Shown one piece after another: positions 26,492-39,041 of a DNA stretch of 64,000 nucleotides. Source of the stretch: Amoebophrya sp. A120 (taxonomy: Eukaryota; Protista; Dinoflagellata); contig CAJINV010000004.1 of assembly GCA_905178155.1 (NCBI GenBank), positions 8,454,882 to 8,518,881 on the forward strand, written 5' to 3'. The stretch's first letter is position 1, and every line of letters starts with the position of its first letter. The translations under genes were made by a program, and so were the position numbers. The notes under the pieces are model-generated. The model saw only the letters and a list, made by a program, of their open reading frames with translations. It was not told the DNA's origin and did no database searches.

Positions 26492-26654
26492 CTGCGGGAT
26501 GGGCTGCTGGTGAGACCTCGGTAGTTGTACAGAGGGTGGTTTAATATACAGTAACAAATCACGCAAGAAATCAGGGATCTTCGTAGTACCTAATACCAGT
26601 GGAAAACGAAAAGAATATTGCTGGTGTTGAGCAACAGCAAAAGAGAAATTTCTA

Positions 26655-29600
26655 TTACGGCAGCAAATTCGGCTGGTGTGCGCTTCCTGGAAATTGTTGA
26701 AGCATTCCACCCGCCGTGCCTGTGCCCACGCCTGCTGTCATGAAATCAGCAGAATTCATCGCGGTGGGCATGATTCCAGCACCCGTGGGCGTCCCCGCCC
26801 ACATCGCCCCGCCATTCGCCATTGCACCAGCCGTACCGGGGAACGCCAGCAAGTCCTGCGCAGCCGTTGCAGCAGCTGTTCCGGGGACAAAACCAAGCGT
26901 GGCTCCGGGTTGTAAACCGGGATAGAGAAAGGAATTCATGATGTTGTTAAAATTAGACATCAAGTTTAAATTGCTCGCTGCGGCCATCTGGCAAAAATTG
27001 TTCGGGTCCACGAAAGAACCGGCATTTGCTACACCACTGTTCGCGAGTAGTTGCTGCTGCACCGCCGACGTCGTTGGGGCTGGCAGCGTGCTCGGCAGGG
27101 CCGGGAGTTGCATCGCGGGAATGGCTGTAGAAGCCATGCTGCCGAGGAAGTTTTGGTGCGGGTACTGTTGGGGCGTAGCAGCTGCAACGAGCGGCATAGC
27201 AGCTGGGGCGGCGGCTGCCATCGGGTTGTGCATGATATGACCCTGATGTTGTTGCATCATCTGTGCCGGGCCAAGCATGTTGATAGGATTTTGTGCGCCG
27301 TTGTACTGATTCTGCAGGGTCATTGCATTTATTTGCTGGTGATCCATCATCATTCCATTATTTCCACCGTACTGGAAATTTACATTTTGCCCCATTTGCA
27401 TATTATGCTGCTGGGTACTACCCATGGATGTGTTGCCCATGTGCATCTGAAACGCTGCGTGATTTGCATTTGCGTGGTCGCCTGCGTTGTAGTTTTGGTT
27501 CATCTGCTGCACCGTGTTCACACTCTGGTTCGTCGTGCTGGGCAGCATCACGGGAGGCAATTCTGGCTGCTGACTAACCAGGTTGTTGTTCTGCTGCTGG
27601 TGCTGACCTTGCTGCATGCTCTGCGTATTGGTCATGTGCTCCGCGTTTTGCAAATTTTGGTTCAGGTAGTTGTCTCCTGCTGCACCCGGCGCCATAGGAT
27701 TCTGTTCTTGCTGCGTGTTGCTGTTTGCGTTGATCTGCATCTGTTCGCCACTTTGGTGCATCTGATCCATATTATCTTGCTGCTGATCATTCCCAGCAAC
27801 ATGCTGTAGCGCGGACTGTTGCTGGTTAGCGCCTGGTAGTTGTTGTTCCATCTTGCTACTACTCCCAATCTGCTGCTGATGTCCTCCGGCGCCCGCTTGC
27901 TGGTCGGCCGTAGCGGTTGTTCCAGAAGTATTTACCACCAGGCCATGCTCCGAACAATTGTTCGCACCACTAGCTCCTGCAACGTGTTGACTCAGGCTCT
28001 GCAACTGCGCAGAGGTAACGACAGTCTGCTCCGATGAGGCCTTACTGCTATCCAAAATCCCGGGCTGCGAGTCTGGTTGCATTTGGTTGACGTTTGCGTT
28101 TGGTTGCTCGCTATTATTATTGTTTGTCCCCACGAGGTTGATGTTAATCTGTTGGTTACAAGAACTTTGCGATGAACAATTTTGACCCTGTTCCTGCCCA
28201 GCACCGGTCGTGTTGTCATTTAAGGGATGTTGACCAGCCACCTGTTGGCAAGCAGTAGTCCCCGCCGGAGCAGTAGAAGTGCTATTCAGGGTCGTATTGT
28301 TGTTAGTCCCTGTTGGCTGTTGTTGAAAAAAAACCTGTTCGACGCCTCCATTATTCGCCGCAACACCACCGCCCAGGGAGTTGATGCACCCGCCCATCTC
28401 ATAACCGGTGATCACAGCACCGTTATTGAAGGAAGTAGACATGTTGTAGTTCGGCGCTATGGCATCATTACCTGCACCTCCGCTGTTGTTGTTGTTGAAA
28501 ACCTGCTCGTTGAAGCTGTTTAAATTCTATGAGAGTGCACAGCGCCCCCTTCCCTCTCATTTGTATATGCATGAACAGCAGTAGAAGCGTCGGCAAGAGT
28601 GCAGCTTTTGCATGACAAATTCACACAAGATTGTAAGTGTTGTTTGGCGGGCTGCCGAAACTTGTCATGCAAACACTGCCAAGGGGCAAATAAGAGTGGA
28701 TATGGATTGGGCTTTTTGCATGACAAATGAGGAGGAGGGGTAGTTGTGCACTTTGATAAATTCGCAGCGACGTTCATCAAAATCTGTTGCTGCTGCTGCT
28801 CCCTTGTGCATCGCAAAAGTGTCGCGCTAGATCTAGCCTGACGTCGCAATACAAATTTTTTCAAAACGAAACGTTAACGTGAATATATTAATCTGTCACG
28901 CAGGTCCATTTTCGGGTAGCGGACCACGATTACCATGCACTATCATTGAGTTGTATTGCAACTAGTCTTTTTGAACGAGCGCGACACTCTTGCCTTCCCC
29001 GGCATATTATCAAATGTAAAAATGTCTGGGTCTGGAAGAATTCGAGACCTGTCATGCTGCTTTTCCATGACCCATGAGGTCTGGAATGCAGGACCTAGCA
29101 TGACAGATTCTGCGAGACCTTATTAATGCCTATCCTGCATGAGAAACTACCTCCCGACTTGGTCAAAACTGGACGACTTTTGGTAATCATGCAACACAGA
29201 TTTTTGCATGCTGCAGATTTAGCATGCCAAGTTGCAATCTTCCAGACCCAGACATTTTTACATTTGATACATATGACTGCCCCCAATCGAGCTGATCGGC
29301 AGCGGAGGCTGCCCGGGTTGAAGCTGTATCAAATGTAAAAATGTCTGGGTCTGGAAGATTCTGAGATTTGTGATGCATATTTTGTATGATCCATGATTCA
29401 TGTAATGCATGCCCTAGCATCACAGATTTTTTGAGGGCTTCGCGATGCCTATTCCGCATGACAAATGCCCTCTCCGCGTAGCAAAAATTGCATTCCCTTT
29501 GCTGCTCATGCAATACAGATTTTTTTGGAATCCAAATTCAGCATCACAAGTTGCATTCTTCCAGACCCAGACATTTTTACATTTGATAAGCTGGACCATC

Positions 29601-31396
29601 GTGCAACCGGTCGTGTGGTTAGATGCTTGAATCGCTTGATAGGGCTGGGTCGTCGTGCCAGCAGGAGCACTTCCGGGATTATAGGTATTGAACACTTGTT
29701 GTCCAGGGTACAGTTGTTGAGAACTACAGATTTGCATTTGCTGCAAGGAATTGTTCGTGTTGGAGAGCGAATTGGTGTTGTTTGTTGCAGTGTTGAAGGA
29801 TGAATTTGTGGCGTTGTAAAATTGCTGCAACGAGTTATGTGCGGAGGACTGCTGCTGTCCTTGCGGCGTATGGACGAAAGAACCCCCGCCGACATTAGTC
29901 TGCTGCTGCTGCTGCTGAGCAAACAGGTTGTGCATCCCCATAGTTGTACCTCCCCCAGCAGCTCCCACCATATTGTTCACCTGCGCGGCGGCCAAAAACG
30001 GTGCGGGGGGCGGCGGCGGGGGCGGCAGGTTGCGGCGTGTGGAAGGAGATTTTGCGGCCGTCGTCGTGTGGTCTCCTGCTCCTGCCCCGGGAAGGTTTTG
30101 GTTATAGCTATACTGGTACTGCTGGTTACCATTACCATAATTTGACGTGCCGTTATTTGTGCAGGACGCAGATCCGTTATTACTGCTGTAGTAAGGCTTA
30201 CTGGTCGTCGGTCCGGAAAAAGAGCCGTAGGCTCCGGTCGCGCTGCCGCCGCCCATCGGAGAAGTGGCCTGGAGTTGTGACGGAGGGTCGTGTTTTCGAT
30301 CACTTGTCATGCAGGTACGGATTTAGAACTAGAAGGTTACTTTGTCATGCGGATTCACATTTACAAATACAGCATGATCTTTATACCTGGTACCCACCGC
30401 TTTGCTTGTAGGAAGATCGCTGGTACGAAGAAGCTTCCGTGCCCGCTTGTATCCAATGCAAAAGCATCGCACTGCTCGGAGTAATTGCTGCTATGCATTA
30501 CAAATGATCACCATCCCAAGTTGAAGGTAAACCTTTAACAGCATGACGCATTCCATTTGTCGTGCGGAGCTAATTTCTAATGCAACCTGCTTTACTACGA
30601 GCACGACATTTTTGCAGTGCATAGATTGCGACCCGCTGCCATTGTCGTAATTCCCGTGGTAACTATTGCTCTTCCCGTGGCCACCGCTGCTGTGCCCGCT
30701 TCCCTTGCGCGTGTACGATTTTCCGCCCCACGAGCTGCTGCCCTTGCCGCCGTGATAGGAGCCACTGGTGCCTTTGTAGCCTCGGTCTTTGCTGCTGGTG
30801 CCCTTCTTGCCGTTTGTAGATGCTGCTCCGGTGCTGCTGTAAACTCCGAAGCGGTCGTCAATTTCGCCGGTTTGCGTTTGCCCGTAAATGTACCGGCCGA
30901 GGGTATGGGAGTGGAGAAAAAATGTAGTATCTCCCAAAGTTGTGCTGGATATCATGATATTTGCCATGTATATTTATTTCGAACATGCGGACAGTGTCAT
31001 CCTTCTAGATGCGCGGCATGACGAGGGACGATTATATATGCGGGAAGAATAAAGCTCTTGAACCAACCTGAAGAGTATACGCAAAATTTTTGCTCGCACA
31101 TAATCTGTATCGTAGTAGCGACGGTCGTAGAGGAGGTGGGCGTTTTTCCCGGTGGCCGGATCGTAGTAGGGCTTGAACCTGAATACAATTTTGCTATGCG
31201 CAAGTTCCATAGATGACATAGCTCCTTTTTCATCTAGCGGAAGGGAGGTTTTGTGATGCATGTTTCGGAATAGTCGTTCATAAAAAAATTTTGTCATGCA
31301 GAAAAACCGAGCAAAAAACCTATACCCTTTCCCTCCACCGCCTTGCTGGGCCGGCCCCTTTCCACCGCCGAAGGTGGATGAGTGAGCCTGCGCCAT
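26655..31396 (-). CDS. Large Gln/Asn/Gly-rich low-complexity protein
   Basis: ORFs 26655-28442, 29420-30310, 30491-30967 and 30974-31396 are linked through introners. Joins at 28528 and 29327 are in frame; the 5' exon structure is uncertain. Confidence 0.6.
28528..28758. mobile_element. Introner, family D
   Basis: Family D TIRs; DR aattc. Confidence 0.9.
28805..28993. mobile_element. Decayed introner, family C-like
   Basis: gcaaaagtgtcgcgct...agcgcgacactcttgc inverted repeat; termini eroded. Confidence 0.6.
29008..29269. mobile_element. Introner, family A
   Basis: Family A TIRs; DR catat. Confidence 0.92.
29327..29588. mobile_element. Introner, family A
   Basis: Family A TIRs; DR agctg. 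Confidence 0.92.
30450..30623. mobile_element. Introner, family C
   Basis: Family C TIRs; DR gcttg/gattg. Confidence 0.8.
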
Positions 31397-32213
31397 TCGT
31401 TTTTCTACCCGCAGACTTAGGCTTCAGGTAGTACGAACAAGCAACCTTGTTGAACGCGAAATTGTTTGAAGACTTTTTGAAGACGTTTATCGCTAGACCG
31501 AGCGACCGACAGGAAACACAAGACCAGAGCTGGACGACTTTCAAGTGCGACCTATTCTAGACCCTCGTCTTGCCGCTTTTTTTATCTACTCAGGGCTATT
31601 AATTGGTTATTGTGCTCCAACATGGAAAGGTTAGGGCAGACAGGAAAAAAAGTCTTTAACGGACGACGAACAAAGACAAACGGGAAGCAAAGAAGAAACA
31701 ACCACAGCGATAGATCTGCCTGCTTGTATGTTTATCGCTCAAAAGATAGATAGTAGTTTTTTAGAATTCATAATGAGCCTGTCAGGACAACAGCACCCGC
31801 ATCCAGGTCGTGGACAATTTCCTCTCGGTGTCTCTCGCATCCTCTGAAATGAATGCAGGGACCACCCGCAGCTAAGCTGCAATGGCTGGCGTGTTCAGAA
31901 CACGAATGTTTTTCTACGACGCGCTGCATATGTTCTTGATTATGGTCGTCAAGAGCCCATGCACAAGGAGTAAGGAATGGCATGTGACACAAGCTCAAGC
32001 CCATTTGTCTTTTACCAAATAGAAGTACAACAGTGGTGTTCGAATTTGTACGGGAAAGTAAGTAATATGATATAAAAAGACCTCGTTCTCCTGCTCGTAT
32101 TGCTTCAAGTATCATCAAAGAACGGCGGCGTTGCTATCGCAACCGCGGGAAGGAATCTCATTCGGATTTGTCACTCTTTCACTTCATCATACTATTGATG
32201 TCCAGAAATTCCG

Positions 32214-34663
32214 TCATTTTTGGCTGGTACATATTCGGCGGGGCTCCATCGTTCGGCTTCTGAACACCGCCAGCACTTGTTTCCCCACTTCCCTCACCTA
32301 TCCAAGAAAAAAAGACTGTAGGCGTAACTTTCTTGGAGGATTAGCATGACAAATATCTCTCGTATGAGAGCAAAAACCTGTCATGCTCAGATTGTACGTG
32401 AAAACGCGCTTGAATGGACCCTATAATGCAGGCACAGCATGACAGGCGCAATCGATTTGCATGTTGCGCATCACAAATTTACACTAACAATGTTTTTTTC
32501 TTGGGTATCACCGTCCTTTGTTTCATCACCTGCATGTAGTTGATCCCCTTCTTGCACAACATCCGCACCATTCGACGCTCCTCCTGCGACAGCACTTGTT
32601 TTTCCCGTAGTTTTCCGCTTGTTGCGTCGTTTTTTTGCAGGTGGTCCCGAAGATGCCTTTCCCTCTTCCTCCGGCTCTGTGCCTTCTAATTTTCCGGTGT
32701 TGTCACTGCCTCCCTATCCAAGAAAAAAACTGTGTTAGTGTAAGTCTTTTGGGAAAACAGCATCACAAGTTTGTCTGCCATGACAGGACAAACTTGTTAT
32801 GCGCAGATACAAAGGGAAAAGACATAGGAAACGAACCGGTCATGCATGTCGAGCATGACAAGTGTAACTGTTAGGCATTTTCTGCATCACAGATTTACAC
32901 TTACACAGTTTTTTTCTTGCATACTCCCGAGGGGTGTTGTACTACTACAGCGGGTATCAAATGCAAAAGTGTCTGGGTCTGGAAACTTGTGATGCTGAAA
33001 TGTGGATGATGGAAAACGTTCCGAATGCAATCTAGCATGACAACTTTCCAGAACGCTTTCTCATAGGCAATCCGCATGAGAAACTGCGTTTTTGCATGTA
33101 CAAAAGAGGCTGCGACTTTTGTTGGTTATGCAACACAGATTTTCTAGGTTTGGAAAGCTAGCATTACAAGTTCCAACCATCCAGACCCAGACATTTTTGC
33201 ATTTGATAGCGGGCTTGAGGTTTTTTCCTTCCTCGATCTGCTGCCGCATGAGGTCCATTACGGTTAATTCCTTTTGAATGACCTTCTGGGCGGGCGCTGC
33301 CGCAGAACTGGAGAAAGAGTCCCTGCTTGCAGCGGGAACTGCTACAGGTTGTTCTGGGAGCGAAATTTCGCTTTGCACTTTTTCCAAAGGTTGATCTGCA
33401 GACGGCGCTTGTTGTCCAAGGATGGTATTCGCATCTGGTTGGATGGGTTGTTCTTCCTTGCTGTTTTCCTTGTTTATTTCGCCGGAGGCCTTTGTTCTAC
33501 TTTTCAAAAGCTCTTTATTGCTCCCTTTCTTGGTGGCCTTCGTCTTCCCCGCAGCAGCGGATGTCGTGCTGTCAGATGACTCAACGGTTGAGGAGCTGGT
33601 CGTGGGTTTCATAGCGTGGTCATCGTCTGCTAGTGCACGAGACGAGGGCTGCGTCGTCGCGGATGCTACAGTGGGGCGCGCTGGGAGGGACGGAAGCGGA
33701 CCTGAGACAATGGGTTTTTATCAAAATCCGAATACTGGCCAAAAGTACTTATCGTGCACTTCTGTGCTGCTAAATACCACTCTCAACATCATTGGCGTTA
33801 TGCCGCAAAAAATGAAGCACGTCCAGCGTAACGTAAAGAGTGATTTTATTTTCAGTATCTGTATCACCGTAGATAGGAACCTGCTTCCGCTGCGACTTGA
33901 GCCAATTCGTTGTCCAGTTTCGTTTTTTCCTTCTTGAATTCCAGAAAATCTGACATTTTCGGCTGCATGTTATTCTCCATGCCTTTGGTCGTGTACTTGG
34001 TTCTATGCATAGCAAAAGTGTCGTACTACGTAGAAATCGCAATACAAATTTGATGAATTTCCTCACTATGGAAAAATGGAATTTGTAGTGCAGCTTACCG
34101 TACGCAATTACATCTGTCATGCATGCTTGCGATCATTTCTACGAAAAGTACACGATGCCTTCGCACTGCATAGTTTTCTAAATTCCGCAGCTTCAACCGG
34201 TTCAGCAGGGTGGTGGTGGTGTATGACAATGCACAACTCCCCCTCCCCCTCATTTGTCATGCAAAATGCCTAATTTAGGCCTTGGCTCTTGGCACTGGTT
34301 GCATGACAAGTTCGGGTAGCCCAAATAGCACTACACTCCAGTGCAAATTTGTCATGCAAAACCGGCATTCTTGCTGATGCTTGTGTTGCCGTTCATGATC
34401 TACAAATGAGGGGGAGGGCGAGTTGTGCACTTTCATATGGTGGCGGAGGAAGCTGTTCCTGCGGTCGTTAAAATTGAAGAAGCTGTTGGACTTGCAGTTG
34501 ATGCAACGCGAGCTTCAGCTTCGTCGTTCGTTGTAATTGTATCAACAGTTCCAGCTGCCTGGTCCACCTCAGACACTGGTACCTTGTCGCCGCCTGTCTC
34601 TGGCTCCGCAGGTGGGACGATGGTACCAGCACCTGCAGGTGCGACGCTATCTTGTTCTGGCAT
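32214..34663 (-). CDS. Hypothetical protein (S/A/T-rich, basic C-terminus)
   Basis: ORFs 34433-34663 and 33061-33612 plus exons between 5 introners; the end points are approximate. Confidence 0.5.
32299..32507. mobile_element. Introner, family E
   Basis: Family E TIRs; DR tcacc. Confidence 0.88.
32715..32923. mobile_element. Introner, family E
   Basis: Family E TIRs; DR ctccc. Confidence 0.92.
32955..33208. mobile_element. Introner, family A
   Basis: Family A TIRs; DR gcggg. Confidence 0.92.
34004..34172. mobile_element. Introner, family C (diverged)
   Basis: tatgcatagcaaaagtgtcgtact...cacgatgccttcgcactgcata; DR matches 3/5. Confidence 0.7.
34222..34437. mobile_element. Introner, family D
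   Basis: Family D TIRs; DR tggtg. Confidence 0.92.
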
Positions 34664-35599
34664 GATGTTGCTTTTACAGATTCTTCTGCTGCTATTTTGG
34701 GGATTTGGTACTTATTCGGAATTCGACGACGAGCACTTGATGATGCACTTCATACTACTTCCGTGTCTAGAGTATAGAAAAGCCACACACATGGAGCTCT
34801 AGTGTTAGCGAACAAGGAGGAATTATCGTGTATTTGTAATGATTGAACCATGGACGGGTAGAAGTCAGCAGTAGCCCCCGAGATGAAATTTGGATTTCAC
34901 TATACACAAAAATTCAACCGCTGTGTACTCGTGTGTCCGTAGTCGGAAAAAAGATCCTTCAGCACCACCAGCTTTTTCCACACCACCAGATCCAGCGCAC
35001 AAGATGTGATCCCAGCATCCACGCATCTGACACGAACAACCCAAACTGCCAAACTCGCGCATGGTGAAATGAATCCACACCAAGGCAGCAGTTCGTTGCC
35101 TCTCATAAACTACCAGCCAGGCGGTCGTGTTTTTCTCTGAAACCAAAAAAAACAAGCAATTATTCCAAATGTGCATTGCATTCTCTACACGACATCGACT
35201 GCATTTGATATTCCTATGGTACCTGTTTTACGCCTACAGCAAAACTTGCTGGTCACATGTGCCTCTTTTCCGTTTCTTTACATTTCGCAAAACAGCAAAA
35301 TTCTGCAGTACTTTGTAATTTACGTGGTTGACTTTTCACAGACAGCGGATCGTATTTTACTAATGTAAAGTGGCTTTTTCAGGAGATTTCTAGTGTACCT
35401 GCAGCACAACGGACTGCACTTCTAAAGGTTTGATTCGAACGAGCGGCCATCACTCGCCGTAAAATCATACTGTAGTACTGTACATTTTGAAATGCAGTTA
35501 CTTTTGCGCCCAATCCTTAGTTGACTTACGCCTAAACCCGGGGTAGTTGATTCCTCGTCCCTACTTCGACTTCCAGCCTACCCTGCTAACTACTTATAT

Positions 35600-36869
35600 C
35601 ATCCTCACAACCCCGGAATCCAGAATGCACTGCTCCTTGGGTGGTTTCGGATCGCGGGGGCCGTCGTGGTGGTACTACCGTTTCTCCTGCGGCTCTTGGA
35701 GCTCCGCCCACTTCCACCGGCTCTCTTTGTGGCTTTCGCAGGGCGGAAACAGCTGCACCAGGAGCAGTCTATCCTGAGTAAAAGAGTCCCCGCCCCAGAA
35801 TCAACGAGATGGGAAATCTGCTATACAAATCAACAAGCTTTGGTTGTTGCGCACGACAAGATTGGGCTCGTAGTTTGCTCCTCTTAGCTTCTGCAGCAGC
35901 ATCACAGATCGATTACGTGATGCTTCTTCCAAAATCACAAACTCTGGCGTGGGGACGTTCTTACTCAGGATACAGTCCTCCTCTTCTTCATCCTGGAGGT
36001 TCGGCTGTCGTTTTCCGGGCGTTTTTCTGAGAGTGCACAACCCTCCCTCCCCCTATTTGTCATGCAAATTCCCAATTCTACCTTTTTTCTGCTAGCACAT
36101 TTTGCATGACAGATTCCGAAAGCCAAAACCGCACTACAATCCTCTAGGAATTTGTCATGCAAAAGCTGCATCTTTGCCAGCGCTTATGTTACTGCTCACG
36201 CAACACAAATGAGGAGGAGGGGGAGTTGTGCACTCTCATAGTTTTGCTTTGGCAAGACCGCTCGACTGGCAACCGCGGGACCCGGGCAGGACCTGTGCCG
36301 ACGTTCTGTTGTTGTAACAATGGCACACTGCGACTGTTTCCCGCGATCAGAGGGGCATAGTTGCGGTGCCAGGTGCGCTGCTGTTGTTGCTGCTGCGGTG
36401 GCTGTTGTTGTCCCTTCGTACTAGGCTGCTGCTGCCCTCCCAACGCAGCAGCTGCTCCTCCCGCTCCTCGTAGTCGTCTCTCAGCATCGTCTTTCAGCTT
36501 TGCGGCATTGGGTAGCTGCGCGGCCGTAGCAGCGCCCGCGCTCTTGCCGAAGAGGTTGCTGTCGTCCGCATAGAAGTCGTCGTCTTCTTGAATTCCTAAA
36601 TTCGCCAAGTTGTAATCTGCAAGCGAGCTTCCCGTCGACATCAAAGCCGCAGTGCTGGGAATCGATGAGGACGCGACACTGGACATACTGCCCGGAACTT
36701 GCTGTTGTCCTTGCTGTGGTGGCCCACCTCCACGACCTTCATAGGGGTAGTGATCGAGCGTACCGTGTTGTCCTCGTCCGGGCTGGAACCGCCGGTGGGA
36801 TAAAAAGAGACTGTTTGCAGCTGGAAAAAATTCAAGCAAGACGAGGACAAGAACCAACGACGCCAACAT
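35600..36869 (-). CDS. Hypothetical secreted protein (3' end uncertain)
   Basis: ORF 36189-36869 with signal-peptide-like MLASLVLVLVLLEFFPAANS; continues through two introners. Confidence 0.5.
35770..35972. mobile_element. Introner, family B (short)
   Basis: Family B TIRs; DR cagtc. Confidence 0.9.
36026..36240. mobile_element. Introner, family D
   Basis: Family D TIRs (left end tct); DR gtttt. Confidence 0.9.
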
Positions 36870-37322
36870 GTTATTTTTAGCAGTTATGAAGTACTGAAAG
36901 GAGCCACCACGAACAATGGGAGGGAAAGCACCACCGACCTCTGACTTCTCGCTGAAGGTACTGTACCTATTTCAAGGACCCAAAGAAAACAACTTAACTG
37001 GACCGGCAGAAGCAGCAGCACACTTGTTGGTACATTGAGTACCCTACAAATCCGCTCTCGATGAACTAGTATTAGAACAAAAAACCCAGTACCTTGCGTA
37101 CTAGTTAACGGTAAGCAAAGAACAGAACAAGGAGAGGCTACCAGCAACAACACCATATATAATGCTGCGTTTTATCGGTTTCTTTTTCTCTTCACATGAT
37201 CCAAATGCATGGAAATCGAAATGGATGAGGTCAAAAGCTGACAAAATACGTACTGTTTGACTTTAATGCTTTTAACGAGCTGACACATCCGCCATCTACT
37301 TTGGGCAATCTGCTGTTTTTAT

Positions 37323-38300
37323 CTACCTGCCCTGATTTGTCACAGAATCCCACCAGTCTCTTATCTTCTCGCGATTCAGATATGCGTAGTACCCCGCAAT
37401 ATGCAACAGTCCAAATGTAGTGTCTGGGTCTGGAAGTACTAGAGTTCTACTGAATACTAACTCTGAATGATCACACGAAGCGTGATATATTGCATCTTGA
37501 GCGCCCGAGTCAGCAAATACCACTCGCGGACAATGTGCCCAGCACAAAAAATGCATGACAAAGAAGTGCTGTCCCCCAGCACTTCCAGCGACCCAAACGA
37601 CACAACATTTGAACATTTGGTACACGACACCTGCGATCACCCATCCAATCACACCGGCGCCGAAAAAGAAGCAGCACACCAGAATTCCCAAGCCCAACTG
37701 GTAAACAGGCAGGGCGGGGACCAGAATGGTCGTGTTTACGTTGTCGCGTGCAGCTCCCCCAGCAGCCATGCCAACTTCGTTTGGCTTTAGCACGTCGAGT
37801 TTCAGACTCCCGTTCACATTTTCTCTGTTAACCCCGATTTTCGTATCGAAGATAAACTCCTTAATCTTCCGCTGTGTCCTCACGTCGATCAAACTCCAGA
37901 TGAGGAACAGCAACGCGAACTGGACCAGAATAATGAGCAGCATCCCAATGCCGACGTTCACGTACACGAAGAGAACGGCCAGGAGCAAACTTGCCCACTG
38001 CCAAACGGGGAGGGAGATTTCGTAGTAGGCGTTTGAATCTTCAGACGTCGTCGCGGCACTAGCAGAAGCCGTGGAGCCGATTCCCGTCGCCTGAAAGGAA
38101 ACCCGGGGGAGGCAGACGGTGTAAACAGACTGGAAGAAGTCGACCGGCTGGTCGTGGTCCTCTGTGTAGTTAGGTGTAGTAGTTCTCGGCGCCGTAGTAC
38201 TTGTTGGTGTTGATAGACTGCTGGATGGTGCGGAGGAGGCTGTTTTTTCCTTGTTACGCGCCGCCATGCGCTGCCGGTACTCCTGGAGCTGTGGGTCCAT
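37323..38300 (-). CDS. Hypothetical multi-pass membrane protein
   Basis: 325-aa ORF with hydrophobic segments; contains an in-frame decayed introner. Confidence 0.65.
   Translation of the reverse strand: MDPQLQEYRQRMAARNKEKTASSAPSSSLSTPTSTTAPRTTTPNYTEDHDQPVDFFQSVYTVCLPRVSFQATGIGSTASASAATTSEDSNAYYEISLPVWQWASLLLAVLFVYVNVGIGMLLIILVQFALLFLIWSLIDVRTQRKIKEFIFDTKIGVNRENVNGSLKLDVLKPNEVGMAAGGAARDNVNTTILVPALPVYQLGLGILVCCFFFGAGVIGWVIAGVVYQMFKCCVVWVAGSAGGQHFFVMHFLCWAHCPRVVFADSGAQDAIYHASCDHSELVFSRTLVLPDPDTTFGLLHIAGYYAYLNREKIRDWWDSVTNQGR
37400..37622. mobile_element. Decayed family A introner
   Basis: tgtctgggtctggaag on the left; ttccagcgacccaaacgacacaacatttgaacatttggta on the right; DR cgcaa/cacga; removal gives AGVV-GYYAYL. 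Confidence 0.65.
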
Positions 38301-39041
38301 TTTTCTTGTGTTGCGCAGGAGTAGAGCTCTGAGCTAGTACTTCTGCCTGGGATATGGACAAGTTAGGACTCGTCCTCGGGCGAACTACAAAAGTAGTTGC
38401 TTCTATTCTTAGTTGCTTGCGCTTGCCTTGCTCCTACTAGCAGAAAAAGTAAATTGGAGCAGCGCGATGTAGTAACGTTGTCCTGTAAGTTGTGCCATCC
38501 GGCGTGGTCGAGAAGCGAAGACTGTGGAGCATTGGCACTAAGTTCTGGGAATATCAAAGGGAACACAAGCGGAGGATCTATTCGTTAGTAGCACCTGCAC
38601 CGAACAGCAGCAGTATTGATTTCTCAATGCGCCGGCGTGGCTTCATTCTGGCAGGATGCTGGCTCCACCGTAAATGTAATTCTGTGGACTCTCTCTTTCT
38701 GTTTCGCCACAAAGTCGAATCCAAGGTCCTAGGTCTTTTTGGCAAAGACGGGGAGCAGTTTTCATACTGCCAAAAAAATTTTCTACACGTACCCTTGGAT
38801 GTCTTTGCAGCGTTCATCGGGATTTTCTGTTCAATACACGACGGGAGTTTATCTTCATACACGATTTCTTTTTCCTCATCTACACCTTCCAAAATATGCG
38901 TTAGTACTACTTAACGTCAGAAGTTCAAAATTAGAATTCTTGTGTCCTCAAAAATTTTTAGACCGCACACCCGTCTCCAAACGTCGGTCTCTGCCTTAAG
39001 CCGCTTTCGAGTCGCTCGATCGAATTTGTAGTTAATTATCC

